Origin: Clostridiales bacterium | GTDB lineage: Bacteria > Bacillota > Clostridia > Christensenellales > CAG-138 | Length of the DNA stretch: 64,000 bases | Reading direction: 5' to 3' | Assembly (NCBI GenBank): GCA_004558825.1 | Contig: SFDB01000004.1 | Coordinates: forward strand, 52,678 to 116,677 | Part shown: positions 8,844 through 19,632 of the stretch, piece by piece | Numbering within the stretch: the stretch's first letter is position 1 | Layout of the letters: every line of letters starts with the position of its first letter | Made by a program: the position numbers and the translations under genes | Notes under the pieces: generated by a model | Database searches by the model: none | What the model saw: only the letters and a program-made list of their open reading frames with translations | Told to the model about the DNA's origin: nothing

Positions 8844-10223
8844 GTGGAAAACGCACACACCAATAAACTCGGCACCGCTCCGATAGGGAGGCTGCTGACA
8901 GGCATGTCGCTGCCCATGATGGCGTCGATGCTCATATCGGCGCTCTATAATATAGTGGACAGCATGTTCGTGGCGAAATTCAGCCAGGACTCGCTTACAG
9001 CGCTTTCGCTCGCATTCCCGTTCCAAATGGTTCTTATCGGCGTATCAGTGGGCACGGGTATAGGCGCGAGCTCGCTGATGGCAAGGCGTTTAGGTGAAAA
9101 ACGCATAGAGGAGGCCGACAACGTGGCCATGCACGGCGTATTTCTCGCCATTCTTGGCGGCATCGTCTTTCTTCTGGCGGCTATTTTCCTCACACGTCCT
9201 GCGCTCGGGCTTTTCAAAGCAAGCGAACCCGTCTATAGCGACGGCGTGACATACCTCACGATATGCCTGGCATTCGGAATTTTCCCTTCGCTCGAAATTA
9301 TGTGCGAGAAAATACTGCAGGGAACAGGCCATTCGCTTCAATCGATGATAATACAGATTCTCGGCGCCGTAATAAATATAGTGCTCGATCCGATAATGAT
9401 ATTCGGTTATTTCGGCTGTCCCGCTCTCGGTGTTGCCGGCGCGGCATGGGCCACTATAATAGGTCAGGGAGTTTCAATGGTCGTCGGCATTATTTTCGTG
9501 CTGCGTTCTCCCGTCATAAAGCTCAGACTCAGGCTTTTCAAGCCCCGTAAGGCGATATTCCGCGACATATACGGCGTTGGCCTCCCGTCGATAATAATGC
9601 AGTGCGTTTCGTCCGTAACGACATTCGGCATGAACAAGGTTTTGATAGGTTTCTCCGAAACCGCCGTAACGGTGCTCGGCCTGTATTTTAAGCTTCAATC
9701 GTTTGTATTTATGCCCGTTTTCGGCTTAAACTCAGGCGCAATGCCGATCATGGCCTACAACTACGGCGCAAGAAACAAGGGCCGAATAGTCAAAACGCTG
9801 AAGCTCGGCTGTATTCTCGCGTTGCTCATAATGACCGTGGGTATGATACTTTTTCAGACCATCCCCTCTGCCCTGCTTAGCATATTCGACCCGTCGCCCG
9901 ATCTTGTGTCGCTCGGAACAAAGGCTTTCCGAACGATAAGCCTCTGTTTCCCGTTCGCGGCGCTTTCTATAATGTGCGGAACAACCTTCCAATCCGTGGG
10001 CAAGGGTATTTACAGTCTTATTGTCACCGTTTCAAGGCAGCTTCTTATAATACTGCCCGCCGCGAACATACTCGCCGCCGTCACGCACAACGTATATGCC
10101 GTCTGGTATGCATACCCAATTGCGGAGCTCATCTCGTGCGCCGTATGTATGCTGCTTCTTTCGGCGACGTTCAAGAAATATCTCAACAAACTCGACGAGC
10201 CTTTGCCTCCGGCCGAGCAATAG
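8844..10223 (+). CDS. MATE family efflux transporter
   Basis: 459 aa with about 12 TM helices. The N-terminal motif PIGRLL..MSLPMM.SML..ALYNIVDS.FV is typical of MATE pumps. Confidence 0.85.
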   Translation: MENAHTNKLGTAPIGRLLTGMSLPMMASMLISALYNIVDSMFVAKFSQDSLTALSLAFPFQMVLIGVSVGTGIGASSLMARRLGEKRIEEADNVAMHGVFLAILGGIVFLLAAIFLTRPALGLFKASEPVYSDGVTYLTICLAFGIFPSLEIMCEKILQGTGHSLQSMIIQILGAVINIVLDPIMIFGYFGCPALGVAGAAWATIIGQGVSMVVGIIFVLRSPVIKLRLRLFKPRKAIFRDIYGVGLPSIIMQCVSSVTTFGMNKVLIGFSETAVTVLGLYFKLQSFVFMPVFGLNSGAMPIMAYNYGARNKGRIVKTLKLGCILALLIMTVGMILFQTIPSALLSIFDPSPDLVSLGTKAFRTISLCFPFAALSIMCGTTFQSVGKGIYSLIVTVSRQLLIILPAANILAAVTHNVYAVWYAYPIAELISCAVCMLLLSATFKKYLNKLDEPLPPAEQ

Positions 10224-10405
10224 AAGTGATATCCGAAGAAGCACTTTGCCATCCGCGCATGGCTTCTTTAATATATGCGTATTGTCCGCGCAATTTGGCG
10301 CATTGCGGCTTGACGCGGACATTTTGCGGTGATACCATTATAAAAGCACGAAAAAGGACAGGTCTTTTCCTGACCCGTCACGCAGAATTAAGGAGGAAAT
10401 CAACC

Positions 10406-11605
10406 ATGTCAAGCGACATGAACCAAGGCTTTGCAACAAAGCAGATACACACGGCGCACATAGATATTCCCGGAATCAATCCGTTGGCAATGCCCATTTT
10501 CCAGTCGTCCACATTCGTGTTCGACAACACGAAGCAGGGCGCGAGCCGCTTCAGCGGCGAAGAGTCGGGCTATATTTATACGCGTCTGGGAAACCCTAAC
10601 GCCAACCAAATCGCGCAGAAGCTTGCCGTGCTCGAAAATGCGGAGGCAGGTCTCGTGATGGGTTCCGGTATGGGTGCAATAACAACGGTCATGTGGACCG
10701 CTCTCAAAGCCGGTGATCACCTTCTTGCCGATGATTCTCTTTACGGATGCACATTCTCGTTCTTTACACACGGACTCACCCGCTACGGCGTCGAAGTCAC
10801 GCTCGTCGACTTCCGCGACATAGAGCTTGTGAAAGCCAACATCCGTCCGAACACAAAGGTAGTCTATTTTGAGACGCCAACAAATCCCAATCTCAAGCTC
10901 ATCGATATAGAAAAGGTTGCAAAAGTCGCCCACTCGTACAATAGCGACATAAAGGTCATTGTTGACAATACGTTCTGCACGCCGTACATACAGCGTCCGC
11001 TCGATCTCGGCGCCGACGTAGTTGTACACAGCGCGACAAAGTACCTCAACGGCCACGGCGACGTCATCGCGGGCATGGCCGCAGGCTCAGCAGAGTTTAT
11101 CAGCGAATGTAACCTCTTTGGCCTTAAGGATATGACCGGCGCAGTAATAGGGCCTTTCGAAGCGTATCTTATTGGGCGCGGCATGAAAACGCTCGATATT
11201 CGCGTAAAGCGCCACAGCGAAAACGCAATGACAGTTGCGAAATATCTTGAATCGAACCCGAAGGTGAAGCGCGTATACTATCCGGGTCTCGAGTCGCATC
11301 CGCAGCACGAGCTTGCCATCCGACAGATGCGCAATGGCTTTGGCGGCATAATTTCATTCGAGCTCAACGCAACAAAAGAGGAGAGTGAAAAGTTCATAAA
11401 CTCGCTCAAGCTTTGCACGCTCGCCGTAAGCCTTGGCGACGCCGAAACGCTCATCGAGCACCCTGCTTCAATGACGCACAGCACATATACGCCCGAAGCA
11501 CTTGCTGCGGCAGGCATAGGCGAATCTCTCATCCGTCTGAGCGTAGGTCTCGAGGAGCCTGAGGATATAATAAAGGATCTCGAAGAGGGGCTCAGCCTTA
11601 TCTGA
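10406..11605 (+). CDS. Cys/Met-metabolism PLP enzyme, methionine gamma-lyase type
   Basis: The start is the ATG at 10406, 6 nt after AAGGAGG. About 400 aa. Motifs include PIFQSSTF, YTRLGNPN, the SATKYLNGHGD lysine motif and YPGLESHPQHELA. Confidence 0.8.
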   Translation: MSSDMNQGFATKQIHTAHIDIPGINPLAMPIFQSSTFVFDNTKQGASRFSGEESGYIYTRLGNPNANQIAQKLAVLENAEAGLVMGSGMGAITTVMWTALKAGDHLLADDSLYGCTFSFFTHGLTRYGVEVTLVDFRDIELVKANIRPNTKVVYFETPTNPNLKLIDIEKVAKVAHSYNSDIKVIVDNTFCTPYIQRPLDLGADVVVHSATKYLNGHGDVIAGMAAGSAEFISECNLFGLKDMTGAVIGPFEAYLIGRGMKTLDIRVKRHSENAMTVAKYLESNPKVKRVYYPGLESHPQHELAIRQMRNGFGGIISFELNATKEESEKFINSLKLCTLAVSLGDAETLIEHPASMTHSTYTPEALAAAGIGESLIRLSVGLEEPEDIIKDLEEGLSLI

Positions 11606-11806
11606 TTATTGTTTTTTCTGACCCCCTCAGCTAAATTGCCGGGCGCGGAATTAATCCGTGCCCGCTTTTTCAAGTTTGTCACGGTTGCCTTGAGACGGGA
11701 ATACTCCTTTTATGCGCGCGCAACCTTTTCATTGTCTTTCACTTGCTAAAACGTAAAAAAAGTATTATTATATAATTACTAAAATATAAGCTTGGAGGCG
11801 ATTACA

Positions 11807-12238
11807 TTGATAAGAGTAATCTACGGCAAGAAGGGCTCTGGAAAAACAAAGCGTATGCTCGCCATGGCAAACGATCTCGGCGCAAGGGCAGATGGCAGCA
11901 TTGCTTTCATAGATGTGGACAAGGACTATATGTATGACCTGGACCGCAGCATAAGATTTATCGACGCATCTGAATATTCCATATTCGGCGCCGATATGTT
12001 TTTAGGCTTCATAAAGGGCATCGCGGCGCAGGATTTTGACCTCCAGTATCTTTTTGTCGACGGACTGCTCAAGCTTTTGCCTGAAAAGCTTTTTGATATC
12101 GGTTGGCTCTTCTCGGCGCTCGAAACGTTCTCCGAAAAGAACGGCCTGAGTATCATACTGAGCGTAAGCGGCAGCGAATGCATACCGGATTTCCTTAAGC
12201 CGTATATCATAGGAGAAGACGCGGATGCCATCGGCTGA
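11807..12238 (+). CDS. Small P-loop NTPase-like protein (unknown function)
   Basis: Walker A GKKGSGKT is near the N-terminus and a Walker B-like YLFVDG is present. The TTG at 11807 lies 8 nt after GGAGG. The listed 11792 start overlaps the RBS. Confidence 0.6.
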   Translation: MIRVIYGKKGSGKTKRMLAMANDLGARADGSIAFIDVDKDYMYDLDRSIRFIDASEYSIFGADMFLGFIKGIAAQDFDLQYLFVDGLLKLLPEKLFDIGWLFSALETFSEKNGLSIILSVSGSECIPDFLKPYIIGEDADAIG

Positions 12239-12509
12239 AACTCTTCTGCTGATATATATCGCGGTCGCAAGCGCGGTTGCGTTCGCAGCGATGGGTATAG
12301 ATAAGCGCGCCGCAAAAAACGGAAGCTATCGCATAAGCGAAAGAACGCTCATGACTCTCGGCGCTGTCGGCGGTGCTTTTGGCGGCTTGCTCGGCATGTT
12401 GGTTTTCAGGCATAAAACAAAGCATACCAAATTTAAGTTGGGTATGCCTTTGCTGCTTTTGCTGAACGCCGCATGCGTAGCGCTCGCGTTTTGGCTGATC
12501 CGCAAATAA
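12225..12509 (+). CDS. DUF1294 family membrane protein
   Basis: 94 aa. The pattern GIDKRAAKNG.YRISE..L...G..GG..G...G...FRHKT.H.KF is typical of DUF1294. The start overlaps the upstream ORF by 14 nt. Confidence 0.8.
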   Translation: MPSAETLLLIYIAVASAVAFAAMGIDKRAAKNGSYRISERTLMTLGAVGGAFGGLLGMLVFRHKTKHTKFKLGMPLLLLLNAACVALAFWLIRK

Positions 12510-12543
12510 TTCTATAAATATAAATCAATACTGAAATTCGCGC

Positions 12544-13251
12544 TCAAATATGCAGTTTGCGTTTGAGCGCTTCTTTTATGCGCACACTCCTGTCCATCAT
12601 GAGCAGTGCCCCCGCAATAATCGCACACGGCACGATTGCAAACAGCGACCACGACAGGCTGACAGGGCTTTGCGTATATATATCGAGTATCACTTCTATG
12701 CCAACGACGCATAATCCTATCGAAACTATCACGCACGCAAGGCTTTGTATGAGACTGAGGCTCTTCGACGTGATTATGCTCGTGTTTAACGCAGTGAGCA
12801 GCGCTATCAACAGCACGAGCGGCACCGCGAGCGTCAAATACCAGGTTGAATCGGGCAAAAGCATGTTGAGTACATAAAGGAACGTTATCGTCGACAATGC
12901 ATCTATGGCAATGTATATAAGCGCGTTCCACCTCAGCATGAGCATGGGAATCGCGAAGTATATCCATCCAAGCAAAAGTGCGCTCATGGCAATTATCGAC
13001 CAGTCAGCCCGTTCGCTGTATATAAGGTCAGCAATAAGACATATGCCTATCGCCAAAAGCATGATTATCGTTATGACGCCCGCAAGCATTCGAGACTCAA
13101 AACGCTTTGCGCTGCGGTCAAGGTGCTTTGGATACGGCGATATTGCCTCCTTATGCGGCTTCTCATGTGGATTGTTTACCTCTGTTCCGCAAAGCGGGCA
13201 TGCCTTTTGGCTGTTGTCAAGTTCAACTCCGCAGTTCACACAATACGACAC
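12544..13251 (-). CDS. Zinc-ribbon plus polytopic membrane protein (DUF6320-like)
   Basis: The N-terminal CVNCG..x..CPLCG zinc ribbon is followed by about 5-6 TM helices. The DUF6320 assignment is from memory. Confidence 0.65.
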   Translation of the reverse strand: MSYCVNCGVELDNSQKACPLCGTEVNNPHEKPHKEAISPYPKHLDRSAKRFESRMLAGVITIIMLLAIGICLIADLIYSERADWSIIAMSALLLGWIYFAIPMLMLRWNALIYIAIDALSTITFLYVLNMLLPDSTWYLTLAVPLVLLIALLTALNTSIITSKSLSLIQSLACVIVSIGLCVVGIEVILDIYTQSPVSLSWSLFAIVPCAIIAGALLMMDRSVRIKEALKRKLHI

Positions 13252-13266
13252 TTTACACCCTCCTTA

Positions 13267-14544
13267 TCAATCAAAAAGCACATTCGATTCAATGCGCACA
13301 TGAACGCCCTGCTTCACAAGCGATGTGAAGAAAAGCCGCTCCATATGGCTCTCCTCGGTCGCGCTCGAAAAGCTTATCGACAGTCTGCCGTTATAGCTTA
13401 TCGCCGACGCTTCGCACGCTATCGCGCGCGCCGTGTGGAGTATAAAATCGAACCTGTCGACAAACCTCGCCATCTCGGCCGGCAGCTCCGTGCGTCCCAT
13501 GTTCGAGAACGGCATTGTAAAAAGCCTCTCGCCGTTTCGCATATATTCTGCAAACACCACGGCGTTCTTCAGCACGAGCGGCGCAAGCCTTACAAATATA
13601 TTTATCTCATCGCTTACGTTCTTGCTTATGCGCGCGTTCAGGTTTTTTTCGGTCATCATAAGCCGCAGATAATAATGCACCTGCGAAAGTATTTCATCAA
13701 ATGTAAACTCGCCGTACTGCGGATCAATGCCCGTATTTATATACTGCGAAAAGTTGCGCAGCGTTTCGGTTTTATAGTATTTTCTAAGGTCGACGGGTAC
13801 GCTCACCTTGATGGGGCGTTGTTTCTTACCCTCAAGAAGCTGAAGCTTGTATGCGGCGTTCACGAGCGTTGCAACGCAAAACTCTGTTATCGTTACTCCC
13901 TTTGAGCGCGAAAGCGACAGCAAATCCTCCGTGTCCATCACGCCTGTCGTTATACGCATAAATCCCGTATGCAGACGTGTGCCGTTCAGTTTATACGCTA
14001 CGGGTTCGCCGCGCTTTGGCAACACGCTCATTCGGCTGAATTCCATAAAGCTGTCCGCCGCCTCGGTGCGTTTCGGCGCCTCGTGTATGTCGAGTATGTC
14101 GTGTTCGCAAGGCACGTTTATACCGTACTTTATCCTCACATACTGTGCAAGTATCGTTTTAAGCAGCGTCATCCCGCCGTGGCCATCTGTCACCGAATGG
14201 TGAACCTCAATACTTATCCTGTTCGCATGATGCCTTACGCGCAAAAGCGGAGCCCCCTTCGATATCGGAGCGCACACGTTCATTGCATCGGGTTCTATCT
14301 TGAACGGCCCTCTTATCTGCTCAAGATAGTACCAGAAAAAACCTGCTTTAAGGCATACGAACATGCTCGGGAATCGCGGTGCCGTCTCGTTGACCGCCTG
14401 CTGAAGCGCCTGCTCATCGACGATATCGCACATCACCGCCGTCAGTCTGAACATTGGATTCCATGAACCATTCTGCGCCACGGGGTATACCTTCGCCGCA
14501 TTGTCAAGCTTATACCAGTTTCTGCGTTCTCCATGCGTCATCAC
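13267..14544 (-). CDS. HHxxxDG condensation-type acyltransferase (alcohol acetyltransferase/PapA5/WS-DGAT-like)
   Basis: 425 aa with the catalytic motif HHSVTDGHGG. The start overlaps the upstream stop (GTGA / TGATG). Confidence 0.75.
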   Translation of the reverse strand: MMTHGERRNWYKLDNAAKVYPVAQNGSWNPMFRLTAVMCDIVDEQALQQAVNETAPRFPSMFVCLKAGFFWYYLEQIRGPFKIEPDAMNVCAPISKGAPLLRVRHHANRISIEVHHSVTDGHGGMTLLKTILAQYVRIKYGINVPCEHDILDIHEAPKRTEAADSFMEFSRMSVLPKRGEPVAYKLNGTRLHTGFMRITTGVMDTEDLLSLSRSKGVTITEFCVATLVNAAYKLQLLEGKKQRPIKVSVPVDLRKYYKTETLRNFSQYINTGIDPQYGEFTFDEILSQVHYYLRLMMTEKNLNARISKNVSDEINIFVRLAPLVLKNAVVFAEYMRNGERLFTMPFSNMGRTELPAEMARFVDRFDFILHTARAIACEASAISYNGRLSISFSSATEESHMERLFFTSLVKQGVHVRIESNVLFD

Positions 14545-15452
14545 TCGTCACCTTTGGACATACCCATATTGCCGCAAACATATTCAGATATGCGCTTAAG
14601 CGCAAGCCGCGTCTCCTTTATGTCAAATGCGTGCCAAACATGCCACATTCCCTGCCATTCCTCAATAGTCGCTTCAGCACCGTCTCGCAGCATAGCCTTT
14701 GCGAGCATTCGCGCGTCGTCGAGCAAAACCTCATGCGTTCCTACATGTATGAGTGCGGGCGGAAAGCCATGGAAATCACCGAATACGGGCGAGATATACG
14801 GATCGTGTGCGTCTGCATCGCCCACATAGTACTCGGCGGCACGCTTGAGCTTCTGCTTCGTCAGAAGCGGATCCATGTCCTTCAGCGTCTCATACGTCTC
14901 TCCCGAAAGCGTCAGATCTACCCACGGAGACAGCATCACAAGCGAGTTTGGAAGCTCTATCCCATCCGCTTTCGCCCTTAAAGCCGCCGCGCAGAGCAGT
15001 CCTCCGCCCGCGCTGTCGCCTATGAACGATATTCTTTGCGCAGGCACATCAAGTTCGAGCACACTCCTATATATACGCATGGCGTCGACCAGCGCCGCAG
15101 GGTACGGATTCTCGGGTGCAAGCCTGTATTCAAAGGAAAGTACGTTCATGCCGAGCGATGTCGCAAGCTCGAGCGCAAGCACGCGGTTGCTGACGAGCGA
15201 CCCCGCCATGTATGCACCGCCATGGAAGTAGATTATTGCGGCATCATCCGCCGCACCCTCAGGATGGAACCACTCGGCCGGTATATCACCTATGTCAGAG
15301 CGAATCACACTTATTCCATCGGGAATATGCCGCGTCTCAACGCGTCCCAGAAAATCCTGCCCGGCGCGCTCCGCCTCAAGGCTCATATTGTTTGTGAGCG
15401 GCCTAAGGCCCCTTATCGCATTTTCAATAAGTCTTGCAAGGCGTGTTGGCAT
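14541..15452 (-). CDS. Alpha/beta hydrolase, hormone-sensitive-lipase-type esterase
   Basis: 303 aa with the oxyanion motif HGGAY and the nucleophile elbow GDSAGG. C-terminal Asp and His are consistent with the catalytic triad. RBS GGAGG is present. Confidence 0.85.
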   Translation of the reverse strand: MPTRLARLIENAIRGLRPLTNNMSLEAERAGQDFLGRVETRHIPDGISVIRSDIGDIPAEWFHPEGAADDAAIIYFHGGAYMAGSLVSNRVLALELATSLGMNVLSFEYRLAPENPYPAALVDAMRIYRSVLELDVPAQRISFIGDSAGGGLLCAAALRAKADGIELPNSLVMLSPWVDLTLSGETYETLKDMDPLLTKQKLKRAAEYYVGDADAHDPYISPVFGDFHGFPPALIHVGTHEVLLDDARMLAKAMLRDGAEATIEEWQGMWHVWHAFDIKETRLALKRISEYVCGNMGMSKGDE

Positions 15453-15470
15453 CTTTTACCTCCGAAAGCT

Positions 15471-15513
15471 TTAATAATAAAAATCTGCGTCCGTCGTTCG
15501 GACGGCGGACGCA
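15471..15513 (-). terminator. Intrinsic terminator of prfB
   Basis: A composite hairpin, TGCGT-CCGTC-loop-GACGG-(CGG)-ACGCA, is followed on the minus strand by GATTTTTATTATT. Confidence 0.6.
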
Positions 15514-15528
15514 TTTGCATACGGTATT

Positions 15529-16630
15529 TTATGACTGAACGAGAAACGCATTGATAAACATGTCAAGGTCGCCATCCATCACTGCCTGTATGTTGCCGTT
15601 TTCGACGTTCGTTCTGTGGTCCTTGACAAGCGTATATGGCTGGAACACATAGGAGCGTATCTGGCTTCCCCATTCTATCTTCTTTATTTCGCCCTTTATC
15701 GCCGCCATCTGCTCCATACGCTCGCGCTCCTTTATCTCAAGAAGCTTACCCTTTAGCATTCTCATGGCCGTTTCGCGGTTTTGTATCTGGCTGCGCTCGT
15801 TCTGACACTGCACGACTATGCCCGTGGGCAGGTGCGTTATTCTTATCGCGGACGATGTCTTGTTGACGTGCTGTCCGCCCGCACCGCTTGAGCGGTATGT
15901 ATCAACGCGCAGGTCATCGGGATCTATTTTTATTTCGTCGTTATCGTCGTCGAATATCGGCGCAACATCGAGTGAAGCAAACGATGTATGACGTCTGCCT
16001 GAAGCGTCGAACGGCGATATTCTGACGAGCCTGTGCACGCCTTTCTCCGCCTTGAGATATCCGTACGCATTTTCGCCGTCTATTTCGAACGTAACGCTCT
16101 TTATGCCCGCCTCGTCGCCATCGAGCAGGTCAAGCTCCCTGACCGTATAGCCTTTGGAATCGCAGTAGCGCGTATACATTCTGTATAACATGCTTACCCA
16201 GTCCTGGGCCTCCGTTCCTCCCGCGCCCGCGTGAAGCGACAAAACGCAGTTGCTCGAATCATACGGCCCTTTAAGGAGCGTCTCAAGCTTCAGCGCCTCT
16301 ACGTCGCTTTCAAATTTGGCGCATTCGGAGGCTATCTCCTCTATCATGGAGACATCCTCTTCTTCGTCCGCCATTTCGATAAGCGTTTCGATGTCTTCAG
16401 AATGGTTGACAAGCTTTTGATATTTGTCTATCTTCGTCATCAGCGTTTTAATGCGCTGATTCACCTTGTTGGCGTTTTCAACGTCGTCCCAAAAGCCTTC
16501 TTCTCCCATCTGCCCTTCAAGCTCGTCCTTTTCCCTCGTCAGTCCCGCGAGGTCAAAGTGACTCACCTGCCTCTTTCAATGTTGCCTTGACGGCCGCCAG
16601 TTTTTGGCGGTATTCATCCAGTTGCACCAT
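15529..16630 (-). CDS. prfB: Peptide chain release factor 2, expressed via programmed +1 frameshift
   Basis: Frame 0 runs from the ATG at 16630 and encodes MVQLDEYRQKLAAVKATLKEAGESL, stopping at TGA within CTT TGA C. The +1 frame continues DLAGLTREKDELE... into a full RF2 with SPF and GGQ motifs. Confidence 0.95.
16552..16558 (-). other. RF2 +1 frameshift site CTT TGA C
   Basis: The plus-strand sequence GTCAAAG is the reverse complement of CTTTGAC. An SD-like AGGTGAG lies a few nt upstream on the mRNA. Confidence 0.9.
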
Positions 16631-16671
16631 AAGAATCACTTCCTTCTGTAAAGTATTTTACCGCACCGCTT

Positions 16672-19404
16672 TTATGCGCCGCAGCAATTTTTGTATTTTT
16701 TACCACTTCCGCACGGGCAGGGATCGTTGCGTCCCGGCTTGCTCGCGACACGCTTGGGCTGCTTTCCCTCCTGTGGCTGCGGTTCCGTCGGCTTAGCTAC
16801 CTGCTCGCGCTTTTGCGGCGCTGCAACGGTTGTGTGATAGAGTGTCCTGACGGTGAGTTCGCGTATGCCTATAACCATTTCGTCGAACATATCCGACCCC
16901 TCGTTGCGATACTCTATGATTGGATCGCGGTGCGCAATTGCCCTGAGACCGATTCCCTGCCTGAGCTGCGCCATCGCGTCAATATGGTCCATCCAGTGAG
17001 TATCGACCGCGTACAGGAGCCTGATTCGCTCGACCTCGCGCATATCGATGCCTGCCGCCTCTATCTCTTTCTCTTTGGCTTCGTAGGCCGCGTGCATCTC
17101 ATCAAGCAGGAATTTTTCAAGCGTCTTATGATTCTTCGACGCTTCCGTAAGCTTTTCGTAATCGAGCCTAATGCCCGCCAGCTCCTCAATCGAAGACGCA
17201 AGTCCGCCAATATCCCAGTTTTCGGGCGGAATGTTGCTCTGGCAATACGTTTCGAGCTTCATCAGCGCGGCTTCGTCTATCATTTGGCTTATGGAGTCGG
17301 TGATATCCTCGCCCATAAGCACCTTGCGCCTTTGGGCATAGATTATCTCGCGCTGCTTATTCATTACGTCATCATATTGGAGTACGCTCTTACGCATTTC
17401 ATAGTTGTGCGCTTCGACGCGCTTCTGAGCCGCCTCTATCTGCTTGCTCAAAAGCCCTATATCCATCGCAATATCGTCGTCCGGCGAAAGCTTCATCATT
17501 ATGCTCTTCGCCCTATCCGCACCGAAGCGCTGCATGAGTTCGTCCTCGAGCGATACATAGAAGCATGTTACGCCCGGATCTCCCTGACGTCCTGCCCTGC
17601 CGCGGAGCTGGTTGTCAATGCGTCTTGACTCATGACGCTCCGTGCCGATTATATAAAGGCCGCCGGCCGCAACGACTTTCTCGTGTTCCGCGTCCGTAAC
17701 AAGCTTATGCTTTTTGACTGTTTCCGCATAAAGCCTGCGCGCTTCGAGCACCGCTTCATCCGTCGTTTCGGCATGGTTCATCGCCTCTTCAAGAAGCGTC
17801 TCGTCCATACCGTCCCTGATGAGCTCCTGCTTAGCCAGAAATTCAGGGTTGCCGCCGAGCACTATGTCCGTGCCGCGTCCCGCCATGTTGGTGGCTATCG
17901 TGACGTTGCCGAATTTACCCGCCTGGGCCACTATCTCCGCCTCACGCTTATGCTGCTTTGCGTTCAATACCTCATGACGTATGCCGCGCTTTGTAAGCAT
18001 ATCGCTCAGATATTCGCTTTTTTCGACGGATATTGTGCCGACAAGCACGGGCTGTCCCGTAGCGTGTATCTTTTCGATAGCATCTACGACCGCCTTAAAC
18101 TTGCCCTTTTCGGTGTTATATATTACGTCGTTCAGGTCGCGGCGTATAAGCGGCCTGTTCGTTGGTATCTCTATTACGTCAAGATTGTATATGCCTTGGA
18201 ATTCGGCCTCCTCCGTCTTGGCCGTTCCTGTCATGCCCGCAAGGCCGGCATACATGCGGAAATAATTCTGGAACGTTATCGACGCAAGCGTCTTGTTCTC
18301 GCTCTCTACTTTGACGCCTTCCTTCGCCTCAAGCGCCTGGTGAAGTCCGTCGGAGTATCGGCGGCCTATCATCAATCGGCCCGTAAACTCGTCGACGATT
18401 ATGACCTGACCCTCCTGCACGACGTAATCCTTGTCGCGCTGGAACAGCGCATGCGCCTTAAGCGCCTGCAATATATGGTGGTTTATTTCCATATTCGCAG
18501 GGTCGGCAATATTCTCTAAGCCGAAATACTGCTCAGCCTTTTCTTGCCCCTGCCTTGTCAGCGCCGCCGTGCGCGCTTTCACGTCTACCATGTAGTCGCC
18601 GCTCTCCTTTTGGCCGCCTCCTTCAAACAGCATATCGGCTCTCGTCGTCTTCTCAATATTCTCGCCGCGCTCGAGCTTGCGCACAAAGCGATCCGCCCTG
18701 ACATACATGTCGGTGGACTCCTCGCCTCGTCCCGATATTATGAGAGGCGTTCTCGCTTCATCGATGAGTATTGAGTCAACCTCGTCAACAATGGCGTAAT
18801 TCAGCTTCCTTTGAACCATGCTGTCGCGATAAACGACCATGTTGTCTCTAAGATAATCGAACCCAAACTCATTGTTTGTGCCGTACGTTATGTCGCAGTT
18901 ATACGCCGCGCGTCTCTCGTTAGGTTCGAGTTCTCTTACAATGCATCCTACCGTGAGGCCCAAAAAGCGATGTATTTTGCCCATCCATTGGGCGTCGCGC
19001 TTGGCAAGGTAATCGTTCACCGTAACAACGTGTACGCCGTTTCCGTCGAGCGCGTGAAGATATGACGGAAGCGTCGCAACGAGCGTCTTGCCTTCGCCCG
19101 TTTTCATCTCGGCTATCTTGCCCTGATGAAGCACAATTCCGCCAATAAGCTGGACGTCATAATGCCTTTGCCCTATTGTTCTTACGGCCGCCTCGCGTAC
19201 TACGGCAAACGCTTCGGGGAGTATGTCGTCGAATGTTTCGCCTTTTTTAAGCCGCGCCCTGAATTCATCGGTTTTTGCGCGAAGCTGCGAATCGCTCAGC
19301 GCCTGCATTGTCGGTTCAAGCGCGTTTATGCGCTTTATCGTCGGGCGAAGCTTTTTTATCCTGGCAGCGCTTGAATTTCCAAGCAATGTATCTACAAATC
19401 CCAT
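16672..19404 (-). CDS. secA: Preprotein translocase ATPase SecA
   Basis: DEAD-like motor motifs and the C-terminal zinc motif [14 protein letters not shown]. The start was set at the ATG at 19404 (MGFVDTLLG), with GGAGG 8 nt upstream. Confidence 0.97.
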   Translation of the reverse strand: MGFVDTLLGNSSAARIKKLRPTIKRINALEPTMQALSDSQLRAKTDEFRARLKKGETFDDILPEAFAVVREAAVRTIGQRHYDVQLIGGIVLHQGKIAEMKTGEGKTLVATLPSYLHALDGNGVHVVTVNDYLAKRDAQWMGKIHRFLGLTVGCIVRELEPNERRAAYNCDITYGTNNEFGFDYLRDNMVVYRDSMVQRKLNYAIVDEVDSILIDEARTPLIISGRGEESTDMYVRADRFVRKLERGENIEKTTRADMLFEGGGQKESGDYMVDVKARTAALTRQGQEKAEQYFGLENIADPANMEINHHILQALKAHALFQRDKDYVVQEGQVIIVDEFTGRLMIGRRYSDGLHQALEAKEGVKVESENKTLASITFQNYFRMYAGLAGMTGTAKTEEAEFQGIYNLDVIEIPTNRPLIRRDLNDVIYNTEKGKFKAVVDAIEKIHATGQPVLVGTISVEKSEYLSDMLTKRGIRHEVLNAKQHKREAEIVAQAGKFGNVTIATNMAGRGTDIVLGGNPEFLAKQELIRDGMDETLLEEAMNHAETTDEAVLEARRLYAETVKKHKLVTDAEHEKVVAAGGLYIIGTERHESRRIDNQLRGRAGRQGDPGVTCFYVSLEDELMQRFGADRAKSIMMKLSPDDDIAMDIGLLSKQIEAAQKRVEAHNYEMRKSVLQYDDVMNKQREIIYAQRRKVLMGEDITDSISQMIDEAALMKLETYCQSNIPPENWDIGGLASSIEELAGIRLDYEKLTEASKNHKTLEKFLLDEMHAAYEAKEKEIEAAGIDMREVERIRLLYAVDTHWMDHIDAMAQLRQGIGLRAIAHRDPIIEYRNEGSDMFDEMVIGIRELTVRTLYHTTVAAPQKREQVAKPTEPQPQEGKQPKRVASKPGRNDPCPCGSGKKYKNCCGA

Positions 19405-19632
19405 TGTATTGCCTCCATAGTAATTCATGGTATTTTATCATGATAACAGCTTCATTACAATCGCTTTCGCCCCAAACTGCTCAATATTTGCAAAATCGCC
19501 ATATTTCGCCCGTGTCTGCGTGTCATCACCCAAGATGTAAAATATTTGCGGTTTGAACGTATTTTTATGTTTGCGTATCACCCGTCTTGTCGCGATATGC
19601 TATAATAGCAAGACAAAGGAGGCAGCGTAAGT

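Noticed and set aside
9974-10405. N-terminal 144-aa extension of the methionine gamma-lyase ORF
   Set aside because: The extension overlaps the end of the MATE gene and the intergenic terminator. The enzyme homology begins at MSSDMNQ (ATG 10406), which has a perfect AAGGAGG RBS.
13123-13905. 260-aa plus-strand ORF
   Set aside because: It is antisense to the acyltransferase and DUF6320 genes, has a basic shadow-frame composition and has no RBS.
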